Source: an uncultured Candidatus Saccharibacteria bacterium (GTDB lineage Bacteria > Patescibacteriota > Minisyncoccia > Phycocordibacterales > UBA6899). From it: a stretch of DNA of 64,000 nt. The stretch is taken from the NCBI GenBank assembly GCA_964386905.1, contig CAYLUP010000002.1, positions 522 through 64,521 of the forward strand, read 5' to 3'. The translations under genes were made by a program, and so were the position numbers. Within the stretch, counting starts at the first letter, position 1, and every line of letters begins with the position of its first letter. Below are positions 36,596-46,370 of this stretch, in pieces. The notes beneath the pieces are model-generated. The model was not told where the DNA came from. It searched no databases and saw only the letters and a list, made by a program, of their open reading frames with translations.

Positions 36596-39106
36596 ATGGA
36601 TTTTATTAAGAATCTTTTTGCAGATACTGCTACCAAAGACCGTCGAAAACTTGAGCCGATCGTTGCAAAGATTAATGGCTTGGAAGATGACATAAAAAAA
36701 CTCACCCCAGGAGAGCTGAGGGAAAAAACTGTTGAGTTCAAAAAGCGTTTAGAAGAAGGGGAGACTGTTGATGGCTTGCTCCCCGAGGCTTTTGCGTGTG
36801 TCCGAGAGGCGTCGATTCGCACGCTCGGTTTGCGTCAATTTGATGTTCAGTTGCTCGGAGGGATTATCCTTCACCAAGGAGGCATACCCGAAATGCGCAC
36901 AGGAGAAGGAAAGACATTGGTCGCTGTCGCTCCAGTCTACTTGAATGCTCTTTCTGGAAAGGGCGTACATGTTGTTACTGTAAATGATTATCTTGCACGC
37001 CGCGATGCAGTGTGGATGGGTCAGGTGTATGATGCACTAGGTCTTTCTGTCGCAGTCATCAATCATGATACCTCGTATGTTTATGATCCAAGCCACAAGG
37101 AGGAGGATCAGGAGCGAGACGAAGTGGGTTCATTTCGCGTTGTGTATGAATTTCTTCGTCCTTGTACGCGAAAGGATGCATATGCGGCAGATATAACGTA
37201 TGGGACAAATAGTGAATTTGGTTTTGATTATCTTCGAGACAATATTAGCTATGATGTCAGAGAGCTGCGCCAGCGCGGGCACCATTTTGCTATTGTCGAT
37301 GAGGTTGACTCTATCTTGATTGACGAGGCAAGAACACCACTGATTATTTCTGCTCAAGCAGAAGAATCAGACGCGTTTTATGCACAATTTGCAGAGATTG
37401 CATCTCATTTACGTGAAGAAGATCATTACACTGTTGACGAAAAGCACAAGGCTATTCAGCTCACCGAAGCAGGTATGTCGAAGGCTGAAGAATTGCTTGG
37501 CGTGGAAAATATTTATACGGAAAAGGGAGTGAAGTATGTTCATCATCTTGAAACTGCTGTCCGTGCGAAAGCGTTATTTTTACATGACAGAGAATATGTT
37601 GTTCAGCATGGAGAAGTGGTTATAGTTGATGAATTTACGGGTCGCTTGCAGCCAGGACGACGTTGGTCTGAGGGGCTTCACCAGGCGATTGAGGCAAAAG
37701 AGCGCGTGCCAGTACAGCGAGAGAGTCGCACAATGGCATCGATCACGTACCAAAACTACTTTAAGCTGTACGACAAATTGTCGGGCATGACGGGTACTGC
37801 GGCAACAAGCAGTGAGGAGTTTTTGAAGATCTATGGGCTCAATGTTATTCCAGTTCCGCCGAATAAGCCATCGGGCCGCATCGACTTGGACGACCTTATT
37901 TTCCAAACAGAGAAGGGGAAGTTTATGGCAATCGCAAAGCGGGTCAAGGAACTTCATGAAAAAGGACAGCCTGTGCTGATCGGTACTGTTTCCGTTGAAA
38001 ACAATGAGCGCCTTTCTCAGTTTCTTGAAAAAGAAGGTATTCCGCACACCGTGCTGAATGCAAAGAATCATGAACGAGAAGGTGAAATCGTTGCACAAGC
38101 AGGGAAAAAGGGTGCTGTCACAATTGCTACCAACATGGCAGGTCGCGGTGTCGACATTAAGCTTGGTGGAAATCCGTACACAAAGGAGGAATATGAAGAA
38201 GTCCTTGCACTTGGCGGACTGGCAGTAATTGGTACTGAGCGTCATGACGCGCGACGCATTGACAATCAGCTTCGTGGGCGTTCCGGACGTCAAGGTGATG
38301 CTGGTTTGACTCAGTTTTATGTCTCAATGGAAGATTCGCTGATGCGTATTTTTGCGACAGACACTGTGAAGTCGATGCTCGGTCGGTTTGGTGTTCCTGA
38401 AGATGAACCGATCGCAATGGGAATGATCACTAGAGCATTAGAGAATGCACAGAACAAGATTGAAGGATTTAACTTTGATGCTCGCAAGCATGTGTTTCAA
38501 TATGACAACGTCGTGAATGTGCAGCGACAGGCAATGTATGCACGTAGACATAAGTTGCTCACCGGAGAACTTCTTGATGTTGAACAGTACTTCATTCAAT
38601 TGTGTGAGGAGGGCGGAGAACAAGGAAAACTTGCACTTGAAGCCGCGAAGCGACACATCGATGCTGTGGGTGGCGAGAAATTCTATACAATGATTCGTCG
38701 TTTGTGCTTGCAAGTGAATGACATGCACTGGGTAGATCATCTTGAAATGATGGATTACTCTCGTTCCTCGGTAAATCTTCGTGCATATGGACAGCGAGAT
38801 CCGCTGGTGGAGTATAAGCGTGAGGCGCTTCGCATGTATCGAGATATGGAGGCTTCGATCGCAACACAGATCCTCGATGTTGTTCCGCGTTTTGTTATTG
38901 AAGAAGATGATGAGGCAAAAAAACGACGACTTGCTGAAGAAGAGAAGGCGCGAGAATCTATCGTTCGCCAAATGTCTCAGGCGAGTGCTCCAGTTTCTGG
39001 AGAGGCTGGTCCTTCTCATGTTGTCAAAGTTGAGAAAATTGGACGCAATGATCCTTGCCATTGTGGGAGTGGAAAGAAATATAAGCACTGTCACGGAAAG
39101 GAATAG
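36596..39106 (+). CDS. secA: Preprotein translocase ATPase SecA
   Basis: MRTGEGKT, DEVDSILIDEARTPLIIS, ATNMAGRG, SEC-C motif GRNDPCHCGSGKKYKHCHG. Confidence 0.99.
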   Translation: MDFIKNLFADTATKDRRKLEPIVAKINGLEDDIKKLTPGELREKTVEFKKRLEEGETVDGLLPEAFACVREASIRTLGLRQFDVQLLGGIILHQGGIPEMRTGEGKTLVAVAPVYLNALSGKGVHVVTVNDYLARRDAVWMGQVYDALGLSVAVINHDTSYVYDPSHKEEDQERDEVGSFRVVYEFLRPCTRKDAYAADITYGTNSEFGFDYLRDNISYDVRELRQRGHHFAIVDEVDSILIDEARTPLIISAQAEESDAFYAQFAEIASHLREEDHYTVDEKHKAIQLTEAGMSKAEELLGVENIYTEKGVKYVHHLETAVRAKALFLHDREYVVQHGEVVIVDEFTGRLQPGRRWSEGLHQAIEAKERVPVQRESRTMASITYQNYFKLYDKLSGMTGTAATSSEEFLKIYGLNVIPVPPNKPSGRIDLDDLIFQTEKGKFMAIAKRVKELHEKGQPVLIGTVSVENNERLSQFLEKEGIPHTVLNAKNHEREGEIVAQAGKKGAVTIATNMAGRGVDIKLGGNPYTKEEYEEVLALGGLAVIGTERHDARRIDNQLRGRSGRQGDAGLTQFYVSMEDSLMRIFATDTVKSMLGRFGVPEDEPIAMGMITRALENAQNKIEGFNFDARKHVFQYDNVVNVQRQAMYARRHKLLTGELLDVEQYFIQLCEEGGEQGKLALEAAKRHIDAVGGEKFYTMIRRLCLQVNDMHWVDHLEMMDYSRSSVNLRAYGQRDPLVEYKREALRMYRDMEASIATQILDVVPRFVIEEDDEAKKRRLAEEEKARESIVRQMSQASAPVSGEAGPSHVVKVEKIGRNDPCHCGSGKKYKHCHGKE

Positions 39107-39255
39107 AGAGGGTGGGTGTTAGTGGTGAGAAGAAGTAAAACGGCCACTCGGCCGTTTTTGCGTACCTGTTCTAGATGCAAAGTGTATCGAATAATCAGCA
39201 CTGAAAGTCTCGCCGCAAACATTCCTTTAACTGGTAATCTCTCGTATGTTACAAT

Positions 39256-40302
39256 ATGTCTATGGCTACTAAACCAAATACAACAGAACTTATATTCTTT
39301 TGGGTTTTATTCGGTATCGCCGGTGTCTTGGCGTATTTCATTTTTGCTCCGTATTTGACGACGCTATTTCTTGGCCTTGTTCTTGCAATTGTTCTCTATA
39401 CCCCGTATCAATGGATGCTTCGAAAAATGAAGGGAAGAGAGACTCTTGCTGCATCACTTATGACCACGTTAACACTCTTTTTGATACTGATTCCACTTTT
39501 TTTCATCGGCACGCTCCTGGCTGGGGAGGTGGTGGATGCGTATAACCTATTTTCTCAGAGCGGAAATGGCGTTTTGGAGCGCGCAACATCTGCAGCGAAT
39601 TCAGCAATACAGTCGTTGGTTCCTGGCAGTACTTTTCAAATTAATCTTAGTGCATTCGCAGGGCATGTTTTGCAATATATCAGCTCAAATCTGAACGCAC
39701 TCTTTATGGGTGTTGCAGGTGCAATTTTTGATGTTGTGCTTATGCTTGCTGCACTGTTTTTCTTTTTACGTGATGGACAGAAACTGAAGAAGTTTGCGGA
39801 AGATTGGTCTCCGCTTCCTCTTGCATATGATGAAAATATTTTGTCTCGTCTCTCGCAATCTGTTTCTGCAGTAGTAAAGGGAACACTCGTCGTTGCTGTT
39901 GTGCAGGGAGTTGCAACAGGGATTGGTTTAGCTATATTCGGTGTCCCTGGAGCATTGTTGTGGGGCCTTGTTGCTGTTGTCGTCGCTATGATTCCGGCCG
40001 TGGGAACTGCGCTGGTGTTTGTTCCTGCTGCTTTATATCTTATCTTTTCTGGTGCATTTTTCCCAGCAATAGGGCTCGTGCTTTGGGGTGCGCTACTTGT
40101 GGGGAACCTTGATGGGATTCTGCGTCCTATTTTAATGAGGAAGGGCTTGAACCTGCACCCACTCATCACATTCCTCTCCGTGCTCGGCGGACTTGCCTTT
40201 TTTGGCCCAATCGGTTTTGTTGCTGGTCCTATCGCAATTTCTCTGTTCTTTGTCTTGCTTGATGTTTATCCAAAACTCATTCGCGGAGAACCTGCTCATT
40301 AA
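39256..40302 (+). CDS. AI-2E family transporter
   Basis: IPAVGTALV.VP, D.ILRP, SVLGGL..FG.IG.VAGP. Confidence 0.9.
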   Translation: MSMATKPNTTELIFFWVLFGIAGVLAYFIFAPYLTTLFLGLVLAIVLYTPYQWMLRKMKGRETLAASLMTTLTLFLILIPLFFIGTLLAGEVVDAYNLFSQSGNGVLERATSAANSAIQSLVPGSTFQINLSAFAGHVLQYISSNLNALFMGVAGAIFDVVLMLAALFFFLRDGQKLKKFAEDWSPLPLAYDENILSRLSQSVSAVVKGTLVVAVVQGVATGIGLAIFGVPGALLWGLVAVVVAMIPAVGTALVFVPAALYLIFSGAFFPAIGLVLWGALLVGNLDGILRPILMRKGLNLHPLITFLSVLGGLAFFGPIGFVAGPIAISLFFVLLDVYPKLIRGEPAH

Positions 40303-40304
40303 TT

Positions 40305-40368
40305 TGTGTATAACCTGTGCATAACCTCAAATATTTCGACTTGCACACTACGCCTGTGAGGATATAAT
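40305..40368 (+). promoter_or_regulatory. Two DnaA boxes plus sigma70-like promoter
   Basis: TGTGTATAA 40305, TGTGCATAA 40316; TTGCAC 40341 - 16 nt - TATAAT 40363. Confidence 0.55.
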
Positions 40369-40373
40369 AGTTT

Positions 40374-40486
40374 CAGTAGGATAAAACCTACCCGGAACTC
40401 GTACATGGGAGAGAAAAAACTCAACCATTTCTCGGATGAACGAGCATATCGAGAACAAAAACCCACGGTGGCCACTGTGGGTTTTT
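40374..40486 (+). ncRNA. Candidate small RNA of unknown family
   Basis: Own promoter, internal stems, strong terminator at 40457-40486; rplY has a separate promoter downstream. Confidence 0.45.
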
Positions 40487-40555
40487 AGTATCTCAAGTCT
40501 TGATTTTTGTGAACTTTCTGATATACTTACCCCATTACTCATTAAGCTTAAGATT

Positions 40556-41173
40556 ATGATAACGATCGAAGCAGTCCAGCGCGACGCGAAAGTAAATCCA
40601 AAGCAACTCCGAAGTGAAGGACGTATTCCCGCGGTGTTCTATGGAAAGGGCGTGGAGGCAACCTCTATCTCAATTAGCAATGCGCAATTTATTAAGGCAT
40701 ACCGTGAGGCAGGAGAGTCAACTATTGTTACTCTCTCAGTCGGAGGCAAGAAACACTCTGTATTGATTCATGATGTTTCTCGTCATGCAGTGACAGGAAA
40801 CATTCTCCATGTTGATTTTCTCGTTGTCCCTATGGATAAGGAAATCGAGGTTTCCGTTCCGCTTTCCTTTGAAGGGGAGGCTGGAGCAGCAAAGCTTGGT
40901 GCAAACATCATTAAGGTTATGCATGAAGTCACTGTTTCTGCATTGCCAACAAATCTCCCACATTCAATTTCTGTCGACCTTTCGAAGCTTGGGGATATTG
41001 ATGCGCACATCACAATTGGTGATTTGGTCCTTCCAAAGAACGTCAAAATTGTTGAAGGTGCAGAAGAGGTTGTTGCCATTGCAGCGCCTGCTCAAGAAGA
41101 AACAGAAGCTCCTGCTGTTGATATGGCAGCTATTGAAGTTGAACAAAAAGGGAAGAAGGAGGATGCAGCATAA
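40556..41173 (+). CDS. rplY: 50S ribosomal protein L25/Ctc
   Basis: LRSEGRIPAVFYG, ILHVDF, VPL.FEG, LPHSISVD. Confidence 0.95.
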   Translation: MITIEAVQRDAKVNPKQLRSEGRIPAVFYGKGVEATSISISNAQFIKAYREAGESTIVTLSVGGKKHSVLIHDVSRHAVTGNILHVDFLVVPMDKEIEVSVPLSFEGEAGAAKLGANIIKVMHEVTVSALPTNLPHSISVDLSKLGDIDAHITIGDLVLPKNVKIVEGAEEVVAIAAPAQEETEAPAVDMAAIEVEQKGKKEDAA

Positions 41174-41266
41174 AAACGGGAATTCCCGTTTTTTGTTTGC
41201 CTCAGTTTGCGTTGTGTTGCGTGCTTGAACGAACGGTCACGTTTTCGTGGTAAAATGGTTATATCT

Positions 41267-42640
41267 ATGATGGACAGAACGCATCCGTTTCGTATTTTTT
41301 TTACTGTTTTTCTTCCGGTATTGATAATTACCAGCGCTTTGTTGATTATCCCGCAGTACTCTTTTGCGGTGTCTTGTACTGCCGATGTAGGAAACGATCG
41401 CACGCTTTTGGAACAGCAAATGAAAGCATGTGATGAAGAAGTTGTGGAACTGAATAAGACAATTGATGGTCTTCTGAAGCGTGGAAAAACTTATAATAAT
41501 GAAATTGAGCTTCTCCGTGCACGTATTCAAAAAGCGCAATCGAACATAAGGGCGAAAAATGTACAAATTTCTCGATTGTCAGAAGATATTTCAAAGAAGA
41601 CAAGCGAGGTCAATCGATTGTCAAATAAGCTTGATCGTGAACGGCAGTCGCTCGCACAACTCGTTCGAAGGACGGCAGAATATGATCAAGTCTCTCTTGT
41701 TGAAGCCTTGCTTTCTGGAGACAACATCTCCGGATTTTTCCAGGACGTTGATGAGTTTGTGTCTCTCCAAGAAGCGTTAAGTCATTCAGCACAAACATTA
41801 AAGCAACTCCGAAAAGAGACAGAAGATGTCCGAACAAGTCTTGAGGAGAAAAAAGATAAAGAGCTTGATGTGAAGATTGAGCTCGAGAGGGCGCGTACGG
41901 AGCATGAGCAAAATCAAAAAGAACAACAAAAACTATTGGCCCTGACGAAAAATAAAGAAAAGGAATTTCAGAATGTGCTTGCAGATAGAAAGAAACGCAT
42001 TGCAGCGATTCGTGAAGCCTTGTTTAAACTTCAGGACGACACGCAGATTTCTTTTGGACAGGCATACGATTATGCGTTAGAAGCAGAAAAAGATCTTGGA
42101 ATTCGGCCCGCATTTCTTCTCGCAATTTTTTCACAAGAATCAAATTTTGGAAAATTCGTAGGAGGCTGCGTTGTTACAGATGAGCTTGGAAATGGTAAAC
42201 GTATTAAATCTGGAGAAAAGCTGACTCGCGTGATGGCTGCTCCACGAGATACAGTGCCATTTAAGAAAATCGCGGATGCATTAGGAAAAGATATGTACAG
42301 CACACCAGTCTCATGCCCTCTTTCATATGGATATGGAGGCGCTATGGGTGCTGCACAATTCATTCCATCAACCTGGATTAACTTTGTTCCTCGGGTACAA
42401 AAACTTGTTGGATCATACCCAAATCCATGGAACCCACGTCACGCTTTCATTACTTCAGCCATGTATCTTACTGATCTTGGCGCCGGAAAGCGTACTCCAA
42501 GTGCAGAGCGTACTGCTGCTTGTAAGTATTATTCTGGTGCAGCGTGTGGCGTGCGAACTGGTTCCGCGGCGTACGGTGATTCTGTGCTAAGGAAAGCGGA
42601 GACGATTCAGAAGACGATGATCGATCCGATGAATCAATAA
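41267..42640 (+). CDS. Coiled-coil protein with C-terminal lytic murein transglycosylase domain
   Basis: Signal peptide, long coiled coil, AIFSQES, GGAMGAAQFIPSTW, NPWNP. Confidence 0.85.
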   Translation: MMDRTHPFRIFFTVFLPVLIITSALLIIPQYSFAVSCTADVGNDRTLLEQQMKACDEEVVELNKTIDGLLKRGKTYNNEIELLRARIQKAQSNIRAKNVQISRLSEDISKKTSEVNRLSNKLDRERQSLAQLVRRTAEYDQVSLVEALLSGDNISGFFQDVDEFVSLQEALSHSAQTLKQLRKETEDVRTSLEEKKDKELDVKIELERARTEHEQNQKEQQKLLALTKNKEKEFQNVLADRKKRIAAIREALFKLQDDTQISFGQAYDYALEAEKDLGIRPAFLLAIFSQESNFGKFVGGCVVTDELGNGKRIKSGEKLTRVMAAPRDTVPFKKIADALGKDMYSTPVSCPLSYGYGGAMGAAQFIPSTWINFVPRVQKLVGSYPNPWNPRHAFITSAMYLTDLGAGKRTPSAERTAACKYYSGAACGVRTGSAAYGDSVLRKAETIQKTMIDPMNQ

Positions 42641-42781
42641 AAGCAGCGAAAGCTGTTTTTGTTTTGGTGTATAGGGGAAGGTCTAAAGGGTATGAGGAAA
42701 AGGAGAAGTGAGCAGTGATAAGTGATGAGTGAATAGGAAGTCATGAGTCATGAGAAGAAAGTGCCCAGTATACAGAATAAA

Positions 42782-42925
42782 GTATTGTCATTGCGACAAC
42801 CTCGAGTCTTCGAGAGTTGGTGGCAATCCAGGACCGCATTTTCTATCCACTTACCACTATCCACGACATTCGTCCTGGATCGCCACACATTTGCGCAAAG
42901 CCGAAATCGTTTGCAATGACAATAC
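42782..42925. repeat. Palindromic GTCATTGCGA...GCAATGAC (RPE/REP-like) element
   Basis: Perfect 13-bp terminal IR GTATTGTCATTGC/GCAATGACAATAC; inner IR 42820-42833 vs 42873-42886; partial copies at 58051 and 58157. Confidence 0.8.
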
Positions 42926-43198
42926 GAAATACAATCCTGGATCACTCCTGAATCATAGTCAAAAATAATAATTTTCTCCTTATTCAGGACAGGCTACTAG
43001 TCATCATAAAGCCATGACTTCCGGAATGACATACATATACAACGAGTATAAAGCCGATATTATTTGCAATAATAGTGCACGTTATGCTTCTTGTGGGTGG
43101 AACTCGCAACTTTATAAATCTTTAATCTGAAAGCACAAATCTTTCATTTTTCACGTTTCTCTATTCTCTATTCTCTATTTTTCAGGTATCATTACCAT

Positions 43199-44284
43199 AT
43201 GAACATTGGTGAAGGGAAGAAGGTATTTGTAGGCATGTCTGGAGGCGTAGACTCCTCTGTTGCTGCCCTCTTACTCAAACGTGCCGGGTATGATGTGACC
43301 GGTGTGTTTATTAAGGTATGGGATGCCCCTTGGCTTCCTTGTGACTGGAGAGAGGAGAGGAGAAGTGCCATGCGTGCTGCTGCAAAGATAGGAATTCCTT
43401 TCCGTACACTCGATCTTGAAAAAGAGTACAAGGAAGGCGTGGTTGATTATATGATTTCTGAATATGTTGCAGGGCGTATTCCAAACCCAGATGTCTTTTG
43501 TAATAAGAGAGTAAAGTTTGGAGGTTTTTTCGAGTATGCCATGAAGAGTGGAGCAGATTTTGTTGCCACTGGACATTATGCTCGTGTGGTTGAAAAAGAC
43601 GGAGAACGCCGGCTTGCGACTGCGAAAGACATACAAAAAGAACAAAGTTATTTTCTTTTTAATATTTCGAAAGAGGCACTCCAGAAGACAATGTTTCCAA
43701 TTGGAGATATGAAGAAATCTGAAGTACGTACAACTGCTGAAGATGCGGAACTGGTGAATGCAGACAAAAAGGATAGCCAGGGCATTTGTTTCCTGGGGCC
43801 AGTTTCAATTCAAGAGTTTCTTTCACATTATGTACAGACGGAGCCAGGTCACGTGCTCAATGAAAATGGAGAACATATTGGTGAGCATGATGGGGCACTT
43901 TTTTACACTATTGGACAGCGTCATGGCTTTCGTATCTTTGGAGAAAGTGATCGGGCTCTACCGCAATACGTTGTCTCGAAGAACATGCAAGATAATACTA
44001 TTACCGTAGGGCCACGAAGAGATGGGCTCACAAGTGCTGTTGCGCAAGGGTGTGTATTAAAAGATTGTAATTTTCTCGCGCCGGGAGATGCGTGGCACGA
44101 TGGAGAGTTGGTTATTCGTTACCATGGAGAACGAATACCTTTGGCGTCGACAACAATACTTGATAGTAAGAGTGTGCGTTGTGTTTTTCTTCACCCAGTG
44201 ACGGATATTGCTCTTGGCCAGGCGGGAGTGTATTATGTTGGTGAAGAGTGTTGTGGGGGTGGAATAATTTCAGAAGTCTTGTGA
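43199..44284 (+). CDS. mnmA: tRNA 2-thiouridylase MnmA
   Basis: GMSGGVDSSV, PNPDVFCN, ATGHY, KKDSQGICF, YTIGQR. Confidence 0.97.
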   Translation: MNIGEGKKVFVGMSGGVDSSVAALLLKRAGYDVTGVFIKVWDAPWLPCDWREERRSAMRAAAKIGIPFRTLDLEKEYKEGVVDYMISEYVAGRIPNPDVFCNKRVKFGGFFEYAMKSGADFVATGHYARVVEKDGERRLATAKDIQKEQSYFLFNISKEALQKTMFPIGDMKKSEVRTTAEDAELVNADKKDSQGICFLGPVSIQEFLSHYVQTEPGHVLNENGEHIGEHDGALFYTIGQRHGFRIFGESDRALPQYVVSKNMQDNTITVGPRRDGLTSAVAQGCVLKDCNFLAPGDAWHDGELVIRYHGERIPLASTTILDSKSVRCVFLHPVTDIALGQAGVYYVGEECCGGGIISEVL

Positions 44285-44285
44285 T

Positions 44286-44846
44286 ATGCAAAAAGAGGAC
44301 ATAAAAAATATTTTCTTTGGGGTAATTGCTTCGCTTTGTATTGGTGGTGGGGCATATGTGATGATTGCGGGTTCAGCATTGGGAAAAGAAGGAGATGTGC
44401 GTGCACAGATGGAGGCGGTTGAGGCAATTGCGACAGATGATATTTCATTAGAGGCTCGTCCAATGCCCGCCCAAAAACAAAAATTACTACAACACACACA
44501 AACAATGAATACATTTAATCAAGATGGTGTCACTATCGAAATCGTTCAAGAAGGACAAGGAGAATCTGTAAAGAATGGCCAGGTTGCAGTTGTCCATTAT
44601 ACTGGTATGTTCCTCGACGGGAAGGTGTTTGATTCAAGCATTCCCCGTGGGCAAACCTTTCCGGTGCAGCTCGGAGCTGGCATGGTTATAGAGGGATGGG
44701 AAAAAGGACTCCTTGGTATGAAGGTTGGCGAAAAACGTCGCTTAACAATACCCCCTGAGCTCGGTTATGGTGCGCGTGGAGCAGGTGGTGTTATCCCGCC
44801 AAATGCAACGCTTTTGTTTGACGTTGAGTTGATTGAAATCCAGTAA
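44286..44846 (+). CDS. FKBP-type peptidyl-prolyl isomerase
   Basis: VHYTG..DGKVFDSS, VIEGWEKG, GYG..G.IPPNATL.FDVEL. Confidence 0.95.
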   Translation: MQKEDIKNIFFGVIASLCIGGGAYVMIAGSALGKEGDVRAQMEAVEAIATDDISLEARPMPAQKQKLLQHTQTMNTFNQDGVTIEIVQEGQGESVKNGQVAVVHYTGMFLDGKVFDSSIPRGQTFPVQLGAGMVIEGWEKGLLGMKVGEKRRLTIPPELGYGARGAGGVIPPNATLLFDVELIEIQ

Positions 44847-44971
44847 ATAGAAAATGAGCAGTACGCTCATTTTTTTGTTATACTATGAAAGTTGTCATGG
44901 TAGGTTTGCTGCGAGGTCTTTGGGTGCGCAAGCAAACGATATTTACATTTTACTACTTTACACACTATTTC

Positions 44972-45826
44972 ATGCGACCGATATATATCATCAAACAAGG
45001 AGGTTATAAGGAATTGTGGGATCCACAAAAAGTTGAACGATCATTGCGTGCAGCACGTGCTGATGAGGCAGTGATTGGAGAAGTTATGAAGCGTCTTGAT
45101 GCTGAAGTGAAGGATGACATGTCTACAAAAGATATTTATCGCCTCGCATTTGGGATTCTCCGAAAAATACATCGTCCGACTGCGGCACAATATAGTTTAA
45201 AGAATGCAATCATGGAGCTTGGCCCGTCAGGGTTTCCATTTGAGAAATTCTTTGCTGAAATTTTGAAGGGAGAAGGTTTTCACACGCAAGTCGGAGTGAT
45301 CGTAAAGGGTGCATGTGTTGATCATGAGGTGGATGTTATTGCAGAGCGTGATGGGGAGCGATACCTTGTTGAGGCAAAATATCACAACTCCTCAAGTGTC
45401 AAAACAGATGTGAAGGTCGCACTGTATGTTCATGCGCGTTTTCTCGATATTGAAAAGCAACTTGAGAAATCAGCTGCTGGGGTTGGGTATTATAATCAAC
45501 CGTGGATTATCACTAATACAAGTTTTACGACTCAGGCTATTCAGTATGGTTCATGTGCCGGTTTGCGTATGACGGGCTGGAATTATCCAAAGGGGAATAC
45601 ACTCCAAGATATGATCCAACACACACAGACTCATCCGATTACGAGTTTGACAACTCTCACGCGTGGGCAAAAGAATGCGATTATCACAAAGGGCTACGTG
45701 CTTTGTCGAGACATTCTTGAACAGCCAAAAATCCTTGAAGATATTGGTGTTGTGAAAGGCAGGTTGAATGCAACAATAGAGGAGGCGACGCATTTATGCC
45801 ATCCTGATGTTCAAGCTCAAAAATAG
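44972..45826 (+). CDS. ATP-cone plus Mrr-like PD-(D/E)xK endonuclease domain protein
   Basis: YIIKQGG..E.WD..KV..SL (cone); GPSGFPFE, HEVDVIA, VEAKYH. Confidence 0.82.
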   Translation: MRPIYIIKQGGYKELWDPQKVERSLRAARADEAVIGEVMKRLDAEVKDDMSTKDIYRLAFGILRKIHRPTAAQYSLKNAIMELGPSGFPFEKFFAEILKGEGFHTQVGVIVKGACVDHEVDVIAERDGERYLVEAKYHNSSSVKTDVKVALYVHARFLDIEKQLEKSAAGVGYYNQPWIITNTSFTTQAIQYGSCAGLRMTGWNYPKGNTLQDMIQHTQTHPITSLTTLTRGQKNAIITKGYVLCRDILEQPKILEDIGVVKGRLNATIEEATHLCHPDVQAQK

Positions 45827-45887
45827 GCGATGTCTGTTTTTGTTATCCCCAGAAATACATTCTTGTATTCAGGTATAATACAGGTAT

Positions 45888-46370
45888 ATGGAATACATAA
45901 CGGAATGGGAGTTCATCATCCGCCTTTCTGCGGCGGTATTGTTTGGTCTTGTTGTTGGAGCAGAACGATCTCGCGTTGGGAAACGCGCGGGAATGCGTAC
46001 ATACGCACTCGTTGCTCTTGGGGCGGCGCTGTTTGTTATTATCGCACAAGCAATAGTACAGAACACGGTAGGGCTTTTTGACTTTGACCCATTACGTATC
46101 GCCTCGCAGGTGGTTGTTGGTATCGGTTTTCTTGGAGCGGGGGTTATCTTTGTAGAGAAAAAAGTCCTCACTGGACTTACAACTGCCGCAGGAATGTGGG
46201 TGGTGGCGGGGATTGGGGCAGCATCGGGGTATGGACTGTATCTTATTGCAGCATACGTCACACTTTTGTCATTATTTGTCTTTGAAGCATTGTGGTATAT
46301 TGAAAGCAGATTTGTTCGTAAGGCCGAAGATCTCGGTCACCCCGAACACCATGAGGAGGGTTCACTATGA
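45888..46370 (+). CDS. MgtC/SapB family protein
   Basis: G.ER...K.AGMRT, RIASQVVVGIGFLGAG, GLTTAA. Confidence 0.93.
   Translation: MEYITEWEFIIRLSAAVLFGLVVGAERSRVGKRAGMRTYALVALGAALFVIIAQAIVQNTVGLFDFDPLRIASQVVVGIGFLGAGVIFVEKKVLTGLTTAAGMWVVAGIGAASGYGLYLIAAYVTLLSLFVFEALWYIESRFVRKAEDLGHPEHHEEGSL

Noticed and set aside
40405-40488. 27-codon ORF (MGEKKLNH...) within the candidate sRNA
   Set aside because: No SD and it runs through the terminator stem
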